Below are positions 54,001-61,900 of a stretch of 64,000 bases of DNA, in pieces. The stretch spans positions 32,001 through 96,000 of the IMG/VR virus record IMGVR_UViG_3300045974_000806; one strand, written 5' to 3'. The DNA comes from a virus. The position numbers and the translations under genes were made by a program. Under the pieces are notes generated by a model. It made no database searches. It was given only the letters and a program-made list of their open reading frames with translations, and was not told the origin of the DNA. Numbering within the stretch: position 1 is the first letter of the stretch; every line of letters begins with the position of its first letter.

Positions 54001-56785
54001 GGGCAAGCGCACCGTGGACCGCTGGTATCCCATCCACCGGTGGAAAGAGGACCGCGTGTGGAGCACCATCGCGGAGTCCGGCGTGCCGTTCCACAAGGCG
54101 TACAGCCTGGGCATGCGCCGGCTGTCCTGTGCCTTCTGCGTGTTTGCGCAGAAGGAAGACTTGATGATTGCCGCCAAGCACAACCCGGACCTGTTCCAGT
54201 CCTATCTGGACTTGGAGCAGCGCGTGGGGTCCGGCTTCACGGCGGACCTGTCCCTGGCGGACGTGGCGGACGAGATCAAGCGCCGGCGCGCGGAGGGCAT
54301 GGAACTCGACGAGACGGCCAAGTGGGTGAAGAAGGCCCTGGCCCAGTGGGAAGAGGTTCCGGAAGCACTCATCAAGGCGGAGTTGGAGAAGGCGGAGCCC
54401 GACTTCCACGCCGCCATCCTGACCGCGGCGTTTGCCCGCCTGGGCGCAGACGCCCCGGTGGTGGGCGTCACCATCGACTGGAAGACCACGGGCGCCTGCG
54501 TGCATCTCGACGACCACGCGGACAGCCACCACGTCCTGTGGATGCCGTATCCGGAAGCGTACAACGCGTCCATGACCGTGGCGCAATTCGCCATGGACCA
54601 CGGCCTGTCCCTGGAAGAGAACAACGCGCCCGCGCCCCTTCCGGAACTCGACGAGGACGCAATGGACAAGGCCGCGACGGATGCGGATGACCTGTCCAAG
54701 TCCGGCCCGTTCATTGGTCCCCAGGGTGGGCTCTGGGCAGACCCCAAGCACACCATCCACTGGGACCCGGCCCTCCACGGACCCGTGGCCGCCAACCGCA
54801 AGGTGGTGGTGCATCACGCCGGCGCGGAACTGCAAGGCAAGGCCAAGTTCGGCCACGGCTACCACGCGGACCTGCATTACAAGGGGCAGAAGTACACCGT
54901 GAAGTTCAACCACGTGGACGGCAAGTTCTCCGGCGAGGTTCACCTCCCGGGCGGGCAGGTCCACCACGTGTCCAGCGCAAACCAAGCGGCGGACGCGGTG
55001 GTGCTCCACAGCGCCGGCCTGGACCACACGCTGAACAGCACGGAAGTCCGGAAGCGCGGGCTGGCCTATTCCGCGGACAGGTTGCTCAAGCCCACCAAGG
55101 ACGTGCCGGCCGCCGCGGAGCCGGAGGCCACGCCGGAACCCGCCAAGGTGGAAGCGCCGGCGCACAAGCCGCTGCCCCTGCCCCCTGGCGTTCCGGAAAC
55201 CACCATCCCGCCCCCGGGCACGCACCTGGGCACCATCCACCAAGGGGAACTGGACAACACCGTGGCGCCGGCACCTGCGCCCGCGGCGGAGCCGTCCCTG
55301 TTCGCCATGGACCCGCCCGCCCCACCGCCCCCGCCGCCCCCGCCGGCCAAGCCCGCGGACCCGCGGCGCACCGCGCTGGGCGGAATCCTGGGCAAGAAGG
55401 CCCCGCTCTACATGGCCGCCACCAAGGGGACCATCCATGAGAAGCAGGCCGCCAAGTACGTGCTGGTGGAGGCGGAAAGCCTCATCCCCAGCCACCAGCC
55501 GCAGAAGGGCTTTGCGGAGCATCCGGCCTACCCCAAGGACGTCCAGACCCGCCCCTATGACCGCGACGAGGGGGACCAGATGAAGGTCCACGGCGCGGCC
55601 GGCGCCATGAACCCGGAGATCGTGTTCACGCCCAGCGTGGACGCCATGCAGGGTCCGCCTGTCATCACGGAGGACGGCGTGGTGTTGGGCGGCAACGGCC
55701 GGACCATGGCCCTGCAACTCCACTACGCGTCGAACGACCCCAAGGCCCAGGAAACCCGGGACTTCCTGGCGGAGAACGCCGGCACCTACGGCTTCACGGA
55801 GGCGGACGTCCGCTCCATGAAGAACCCGGTGGTGGTGCGGCAGGTGGAGACGCCCGACAAGAGCCAGCGCGCGCTGGCCCTGTTGGTCCACCGGTACAAC
55901 GAGTCATCCAGCCAGGAACTGCAACCCCTGGCGGAGAGTGTGGCGGACGCCCGGCGCCTGGACGACACCACCATGTCCGCCCTCACGGCCATTCCGGAGG
56001 ACGGCACCCTCAAGGAGTTCCTGGGCTCCGCGGACTCCCGCCCGTTCGTTTCCGCGCTCCGGAACACGGGCATCATCAACCAGCGCAACGCCACCAAGTA
56101 CGTGGAGGGCGACGGGCTGTTGAACACCGCCGGCAAGAACCTTGCGGAGAGCATCCTGACCGCGGCCGTGCTTCCGGACGTCAAGCTGCTGGAAGACATT
56201 GACGGGCAGGTCCGGAACTCCCTCACGCGCGCGGCACCCTACGTCCTGGCCGCGGCGGCGGGGTCTGACCCGGACTGGGACCTGCGCCCGGCCCTCAAGG
56301 CAGCAGCGCGGGACCTCATCACCATCCGCTCCAAGCACCGGGCGGAGGTGGAGGCCGGCACCGTGCAGTCCGTGGCCAAGCGGGATGCAGAAGGCAAGCC
56401 GGTGAAGGTCAACGGCCAGACGGTCATGGTCAACAAGGAACCCACGGTGGACGAGTTCCTGAGCGGCGGTGCCCAGGGCGCGCTCATTCCGGAGTCCCAC
56501 GCGGTGGACGGCGTGAAGCACGGGGAGGACGTGCTGCGCCTGCTGTTTGAACACGGGGACCGGCCCACCGTGCTGGCCCGGGTGATGTCCGGCTTCCTGG
56601 CGGAGGCCCGGAAGAACCCCAAGGGCCAGGGCGGCATGTTCGGGTCCCTGTCCGCCGGCGACCCCGGGGACACGCTGCGCAAGCTGGCCGCGGCGGTGGA
56701 CAAGAGCCAGGACAGCCCGGAGGACCCGCGCCTGTGGCTGGACGCGGCCATTGACGCCCTGGAATCCGGAATCCTTACGACCTGA
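51023..56785 (+). CDS. about 1920-aa polyvalent protein: kinase-like, DarA_C-like, PAPS-reductase-like and DdrB-ParB-like domains separated by GPFIG tags
   Basis: LGKGDDG..VVK..HD..LFDIG; YGMSLRPPGLGALP; SSAGKDS, HCDLG, FCTSDHK, GLRAQES, RLSCAFC; LIPSH...QTRPY...PPVI..DGVVLGGNGRTMAL. Start placed at ATG 51023. Confidence 0.8.
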   Translation: MKLRLEADPAELQTRGDVLLTSLSHAVEPHAPALAESLRKAIPERPPVVSKHRALRELTRDVQGLYADTVERMLAEVGQALDRRVEEMTTGSGDGSLMKGGPFIGPQGGLWADPKHTVHWDPDVHGSTHHPVAWAVPIHAKISGEENHVAMYHVTHKGNGNVMVSRHKDGQYGQTMPVESLKHFRNDLSAVVDLPPSGNPDIDAVTSGKAKFLGKGDDGMAFHVGDKVVKVSSTVPYHPDNPGHRSPEGAADMLRAQVDVGNHLADLGVPCIQRSEFIKHGDKGFQIKPWVRIPEKFTRAQLDKIQGAVIAMHEAGYAMHDQIQPGLDDKGEPVLFDIGKAAPLDKEGTQGRKWAIEDDVSHLQRLYEKSGVDFINRNTPQAKQDFDKVVAMSVPKKDGKRGGAGLYADLLTMQGKKLLRATEGTDEHIGHVVNFVEALRDVRDNHGPIHPKLLDEARKIIPEDWHDMLDGLDKEKAAKAGYADADDLHKSGPFIGPNGGLWADAKHTIHWDPAKHGPGTPVRYGMSLRPPGLGALPSGVKWDLVARGKHPASSFPGRPDLPVSEHHLHGEVELPGHLDPERAAAMDMVRISPAPVEAPPARAAKPEQLGLFSMPAKPPEPEDKPSSRRLLAIVDNDPALTQEQKLAPTAEVMKAILAKPASDPGQWKLPAGARFDPWEPKAVPEDAEWEHPDFGSGTGAAPWQQGDDWKPDFHKYDVLLVNSSAGKDSQAMLSHVVAQADAAGFPREKIVVVHCDLGRVEWEGTKELAIQQAQHYGLRVEVVQRTQNDLLEQIEERHGDLTQRQEDVGKLVAAGIRTWADLAAMDPATVQKHLGEGKGASKWEAQHRAEELVDKAQKKLEAAQEWEPLHNAHQAALAQHAEDMTAYEARVAANPKDKKNKPKAPKKPKGKPVFAADPVDFGKAIAWPSSDARFCTSDHKRAEVKKLMTRLADEHREKNGPKSKPRILNALGLRAQESDSREAMPSFEREEETGKRTVDRWYPIHRWKEDRVWSTIAESGVPFHKAYSLGMRRLSCAFCVFAQKEDLMIAAKHNPDLFQSYLDLEQRVGSGFTADLSLADVADEIKRRRAEGMELDETAKWVKKALAQWEEVPEALIKAELEKAEPDFHAAILTAAFARLGADAPVVGVTIDWKTTGACVHLDDHADSHHVLWMPYPEAYNASMTVAQFAMDHGLSLEENNAPAPLPELDEDAMDKAATDADDLSKSGPFIGPQGGLWADPKHTIHWDPALHGPVAANRKVVVHHAGAELQGKAKFGHGYHADLHYKGQKYTVKFNHVDGKFSGEVHLPGGQVHHVSSANQAADAVVLHSAGLDHTLNSTEVRKRGLAYSADRLLKPTKDVPAAAEPEATPEPAKVEAPAHKPLPLPPGVPETTIPPPGTHLGTIHQGELDNTVAPAPAPAAEPSLFAMDPPAPPPPPPPPAKPADPRRTALGGILGKKAPLYMAATKGTIHEKQAAKYVLVEAESLIPSHQPQKGFAEHPAYPKDVQTRPYDRDEGDQMKVHGAAGAMNPEIVFTPSVDAMQGPPVITEDGVVLGGNGRTMALQLHYASNDPKAQETRDFLAENAGTYGFTEADVRSMKNPVVVRQVETPDKSQRALALLVHRYNESSSQELQPLAESVADARRLDDTTMSALTAIPEDGTLKEFLGSADSRPFVSALRNTGIINQRNATKYVEGDGLLNTAGKNLAESILTAAVLPDVKLLEDIDGQVRNSLTRAAPYVLAAAAGSDPDWDLRPALKAAARDLITIRSKHRAEVEAGTVQSVAKRDAEGKPVKVNGQTVMVNKEPTVDEFLSGGAQGALIPESHAVDGVKHGEDVLRLLFEHGDRPTVLARVMSGFLAEARKNPKGQGGMFGSLSAGDPGDTLRKLAAAVDKSQDSPEDPRLWLDAAIDALESGILTT

Positions 56786-56796
56786 TCCGGAACCTT

Positions 56797-56837
56797 TGCT
56801 TTTTGTATTGCCTTCCGGAACCGGAGGAACTAAGTGT
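56797..56837 (+). promoter_or_regulatory. class-1 promoter, copy D
   Basis: TGCTTTTTGTA-TTGCCT-17 nt starting TCCGGAA-TAAGTG. Confidence 0.7.
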
Positions 56838-56890
56838 TGGGCTCCACCAAGGACGCGCCTCAAAACAGGGCGCCCACCAAGGAGAACCCA

Positions 56891-58888
56891 ATGATCATCA
56901 CCGCGAAGTGGAACAGCGCCTGCCCCGTTTGCACCAAGCTCATCTCCGCCGGCTCCGCCTGCGACTGGCAGAAGGGCAAGAAGGCCACCCACGTGGCGTG
57001 CGCCTCCGCCGAGGCCAAGGAAACCCTGGAAGCCTCACGCGCCAGCGCCCCGGCCGCCAACGCCACCATCCCGGTCCCTGAAGCCCCCGCCGGCCTGAAC
57101 TACCTCCCCTTCCAGGCCGCGGGCATCCAGTTCGCGCTGGCCCGGTTCGCCGCCGGCAAGAACGGCGTGTTGGTGGCTGACGAGATGGGCCTGGGCAAGA
57201 CCATCCAGGCCCTGGGCGTCTGCAACGGGCTGGCGCCGGCCGCGGAGAAGCCCCTCAATGTGCTGGTGGTGTGCCCCGCGTCCCTGCGCCTGAACTGGGC
57301 ACGTGAGGCGTCCAAGTGGCTGGTGGGCCGCTGGGAGGTGACCACGTTCCTGAAGACGGACAAGGTGCTCACCGCGCGCTCAGACGTCGCCATCCCGTAC
57401 GCGCAGCACTCCCTGACCGTGGTGAATTACGACATCCTGAGCAAGGTGCCCTGTGTCCACGGGACGGAGTGGGACGTCCTGATTGTGGACGAAAGCCACT
57501 ACGCGAAGAACGGGAAGGCCAAGCGGACCCAGTTCCTGGCGGCCATCAAGTCCACCCGCCGCGTGTTCCTGACGGGCACGCCCATCTGCAACCGCCCCTC
57601 TGAACTGGTGTCCCTGCTCACCCAGATTGAGCCCAGCGAGTGGGGCGCCTTTGGGGAACAGAAGGCGTTCTTCAAGTTCGCCTACCGGTTCTGCAACCCC
57701 ACCAAGGTGTGGACCGGCTTCAAGTACGTCACCGACTTCACCGGCGCATCCAACCTTGATGAACTGCAAATCAAGCTGCGCACCGGCGTCATGGTCCGCC
57801 GCATGAAGGCGGACGTGCTGAAGGAACTGCCCCCCAAGACCCGGCAGGTGGTGGTGCTTCCGGAGAACGGCGCCAGCGCCGCGGTGAAGGCGGAGCGCGC
57901 CGCGTTTGGTGAGGACATGGCGGAGCGCCTGACCGCGGTGGCGGATGACGCGGACGCCTACGCGTCCCTAGTGGCGGAACTGACCTCCCCCAAGGCCCCG
58001 TCCTTTGAGGCCATCTCCCTGGCCCGGCAGGCCCTGGCCATTGAGAAGGTGCCCTACGTGGTGGACCACGTGCGGCAGGCCCTGGAAGACAACGACGGCC
58101 ACAAGGTGGTGGTGATGGCGCATCACAAGGCGGTGGTGGACGCCCTGATGGCCGGCCTGGGCGAGTTCGGCGCGGTCAAGATCGACGGGTCCATGGGCGC
58201 GGAGGACCGCGAGGCCAGCGTGACCAAGTTCCAGACCGACGCGGCCACCCGCGTGTTCGTGGGCAGCATCATGGCGGCCGGCGTGGGCATCACGCTCACC
58301 GCGGCCCACCACGTGGTGTTCGCGGAGTTGGACTGGGTTCCGGGCAACGTGTCCCAGGCAGAGGACCGCTGCCACCGCATTGGCCAGCATGACAACGTGC
58401 TGGTGCAGCACCTTGTGTTTGACGGCTCCCTGGACGCGCTGCTGGTGCAGACCATCCTGGGCAAGCAGGCCGTCATCTCCGCCGGCCTGGACACCCAGCA
58501 GGCCGTGGTGGATGCCCCCGCGGCCATGGTGGCCCGCAGCGCCGCCAAGCCGGCCCCCAAGACGGCGGAGGAAGTGGCCGCGGGCAGCGAGTTCACCGCG
58601 GAAGTCCGCGAGGCCACCATGCGCGGCCTCAAGTCCCTGTCCGCGGTGTGTGACGGCGCCCACGACGAGGACGGGATGGGCTTCAACGGCCGTGACAGCG
58701 GCTTTGGCAAGTCCCTGGCCGCCCGCGCGTTCCTGACGGACAGCATGACCCGCGCGGCCATCAAGATGCTGCGCACCTACCGCAACACCCAGTTGTCCGC
58801 GGACGTCACCTCCGTCCTGGCCCCGTTCTGGCCCACCAAGGCCAAGGCGCCCAAGGCCGCCAAGGCGGACGCGCCCGCCGCGGAGTGA
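56891..58888 (+). CDS. SNF2-family helicase/translocase with N-terminal Zn finger
   Basis: ADEMGLGKT, CPASL, VDESH, LTGTP..N, RRMKADVL, QAEDRCHRIGQ; CPVC...HVAC; SD AAGGAG. Confidence 0.92.
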   Translation: MIITAKWNSACPVCTKLISAGSACDWQKGKKATHVACASAEAKETLEASRASAPAANATIPVPEAPAGLNYLPFQAAGIQFALARFAAGKNGVLVADEMGLGKTIQALGVCNGLAPAAEKPLNVLVVCPASLRLNWAREASKWLVGRWEVTTFLKTDKVLTARSDVAIPYAQHSLTVVNYDILSKVPCVHGTEWDVLIVDESHYAKNGKAKRTQFLAAIKSTRRVFLTGTPICNRPSELVSLLTQIEPSEWGAFGEQKAFFKFAYRFCNPTKVWTGFKYVTDFTGASNLDELQIKLRTGVMVRRMKADVLKELPPKTRQVVVLPENGASAAVKAERAAFGEDMAERLTAVADDADAYASLVAELTSPKAPSFEAISLARQALAIEKVPYVVDHVRQALEDNDGHKVVVMAHHKAVVDALMAGLGEFGAVKIDGSMGAEDREASVTKFQTDAATRVFVGSIMAAGVGITLTAAHHVVFAELDWVPGNVSQAEDRCHRIGQHDNVLVQHLVFDGSLDALLVQTILGKQAVISAGLDTQQAVVDAPAAMVARSAAKPAPKTAEEVAAGSEFTAEVREATMRGLKSLSAVCDGAHDEDGMGFNGRDSGFGKSLAARAFLTDSMTRAAIKMLRTYRNTQLSADVTSVLAPFWPTKAKAPKAAKADAPAAE

Positions 58889-58963
58889 AGCGGCCCCTGG
58901 CCCGGTGGCGCCTTCCGGAATGGATGGCCGCCACCGGGTCCCTGCGGTAGTCTCGCGCGCACC

Positions 58964-61900
58964 ATGCCCTTGCTCACCGCGCGCCTCATCCAAGAGATCA
59001 AAGAGATCATCCGGAAGCACCACACGGCGTTCGTGGCCAACGCGTTTGGCAAGGACGTGCTCCCCCCGGAAGCGGTGGAGAAGCTGCGCGCGGCCGGCCT
59101 CATCAGCCAGACACAGGGCAGCAGCCTGGACGACGCCTACCTCTACGGGCAGGTGATGGCCCAGGTGGAGAAGCCGGAGGTGGCCGAGTGGTCCGCCGCC
59201 CAGGTCCGGTCCTACGCGGCCCAGAACCCCGTCCCCCTCACCCAGGTGGAGCGTGAAGCGGTGAAGACGGCCCGGCTCACCGGCGCGGAGTATTGCCAGG
59301 GCCTGGGCAACGTCATTGAGAAGCAGACCGGCCAGTTGCTGATCGAGGCGGACCACGCGCTGCGGGAAGACCTGCAGGGGAAGATTGCGGACGCCACTGC
59401 GGTGAACATTGCCGCGCGCGGCACGGTGAAGGCGCTCAAGACGGACCTGGGCTGGGCCACGCAGGACTGGGCCAGGAACTTGGACCGCATTGCCATCACG
59501 GAGAAGCAGAACGCGATGCAGCAGGGTGTGGCGGATGGCATCCGGAAGCGCGTGGGGGAGGAAGCCCGCGTGTCCATCCGGTGCATGCCGGACGCCTGTG
59601 GCGCGTGCCGGGCGTTCAGCATTGGCCCGGACGGCGCCCCGCGCATCTACCGCCTGAGCCAGTTGGGGCCTCCGGGCTCCAACGTCCACCGCAAGCAGAA
59701 CGCGTGGGTGGCGTGCGTGGGCGCGGTGCATCCGCACTGCCATCCCGCAGGGACCGTGGTTCAGACGCGGCGGGGGCGCATCCCGATTGAGACGGTGGTG
59801 CCGGGGGACATGGTGCTGACGCACCGGGGCCGGTGGATGCCTGTGAGCCACACGTGGGCGTCCCGGTATTCCGGAATCATGTTGCGCGTGAGGACGGAAA
59901 GCGCGGTGGTTGACGTGACTCCGGAGCATCCGTTGTTCCGCTCAAACGGAACCACCGCTTCCGCGCAAAACCTCCAACAGGGTGACAACCTTTTGGACCT
60001 CCGCTTGGACGGAGAACCCGCGCCGTCGGTCCAAGGTGATGCGGACCACGGACCATCCGCGCCGCTTGAGCGCGCGCATCTTGCGCGCATCCTGTTTGGC
60101 CTTTCTCCCGCTGGCGTGCCAGTTGCCGCCGTCAACTTCCACGGCGAGCTTTTCCTGTGGGAAGGCAATGTCCACCAGAAACGTGCCCACAATGAAGCCT
60201 GGGAGCCCAGCCATTCCGACGGCGCAAAGCGCCTCATGGATGAGGCGTTCACCGGGACTTTTGAGTTGACCGCTTTGGGCTTGAAGCACCTTGAGGATGT
60301 GCCCACGGGAGTTCCGTTTGCCACGTCGGGCTGCATGCGCAGCGTTGGCGCGGGCACTACGTTCCTCCGGGCTGGACCGGGCGTTGCGGAGGCGTTGGGC
60401 TTCCCCCATCCCGCGGACGACGTGTCCAGCACGCTCCAAGCGGAGCACCACGGTCCCACGGGCCACCCCCAGCCGCCGGGCAATCTCCTGTACCGGGAGC
60501 AGTTGGTTGAGGTGCAAGTCTACAAGGACCGCTTCATCAATTTCGCGCCGGTACACCATGAGCCCTCCGTGGCTTTCAGTGCCCCGACGGTGCGGCAAGC
60601 TGCGTCCATTGTCAATGTCAGTTCAAACCAGTTTGATGGGTTGGTGTTCAACCTGACCGTTCCGGAAGATCACAGTTACACGGCCAACGGGCTGGCCTCG
60701 CACAACTGCCAGTGCCAGTTGGTCCGCTTGCCCGTGGGCTGGGGATACAACGCGGAAGGGGAGATGGAGCCCGGCGGCCGGTTCGGCGTGGAGGTTCCGG
60801 AAGACGAGGAAGAGGCGGAGAAGGCGTTCCGGATGGAAGTGGAGCACCGGGAGGCCATGCAGAAGGGCGGCACCCTGGACTTCCAGGGCATGCCCATCCG
60901 GATCGAACAGGACGCGGGGGAGGTGCGCCACTGGCGGGACCGTCACGGCGAGTCCGGCAGCACCACCATGCAACACGCCTACGGGGAGATTGTGGGCACC
61001 AAGGGCGCCGACGGTGACCCGGTGGACGTGTTCCTGGGCATGAACCCCAACGCGTCCCACGTCTACGTTGTCCACCAGCGGAAGAAGCGTGCGGACGGGA
61101 CGTTTGGTGGCTTTGACGAGGACAAGGCGTTCCTGGGCTTCTCTTCTCCGGAAGAGGCCAAGGCCGCCTACCTGTTGCACTACGACAACCCGGAGTTCTT
61201 TGGCGGGATGTCCGCGGTGGGCCTGGAAGACTTCCGCGCGCGCGTAGGCGCCCCCGGCCCCCTGGTGGGGGAACCGGTCCACACTCCGGAACTGACCTTC
61301 ACCGTGGCGCTTCCGGAATCCGCGGCGGACATGGCCAAGGCCGCCGTCCGCCCGCCGGCCGTTCCGGACATGACGTTCACCCTGGGCAAGGCGTTTGGCC
61401 AAGCCGCGGCCGGTCACAAGTACATCCGGCGCACGTACACCAAGGGCCATTGGGTCTATGAGTACGCGGAGCAGCACGGCGGGCACGTGAGTAGCCACGC
61501 CACGGACCCGGACAAGGTGATGCTCAAAGTGGAGCCCCACCACGCCAACGCCCTGGCGGCGCTGGCGGAGATGCACGGCATCCATCCGGAACTGGTGCAT
61601 GGGAGCACGCACGTCATGCTGCCCCTCACCCACGCCCAGGCTGATTCCATCCACCACGGTGAGACGGGCACGCCCATCCCGGCCGCCATGCTGCCCACGC
61701 CGGCCCTGGCCACCGTGCTGCCCTTCCCCACGCCCGCTCAGGTGGCCCCCGTGGCTCCGGCACCCCTGGCCCCGACCGTGGCGCCTGCGCCGGCTCAGGT
61801 GGCTCCGCGGGCACGCCCGGCCCCGGCCCAGCAGATGGGCCTCTTTGACACCATGCCCGCGGCCCAGGCCGTCACGCAGTCCCCGGTGACCCATCCGGCC

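Larger units (their letters stand above)
59738..60706 (+). mobile_element. class 1 intein, 323 aa, in the MuF HPxCxC motif
   Basis: Block A CHPAGTVVQT, IETVVPGDMVLTH, block B VTPEHPLF, block F VFNLTVPEDHSYTANG, terminal HN followed by Cys. Removing it restores HPHCQC. Confidence 0.93.
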
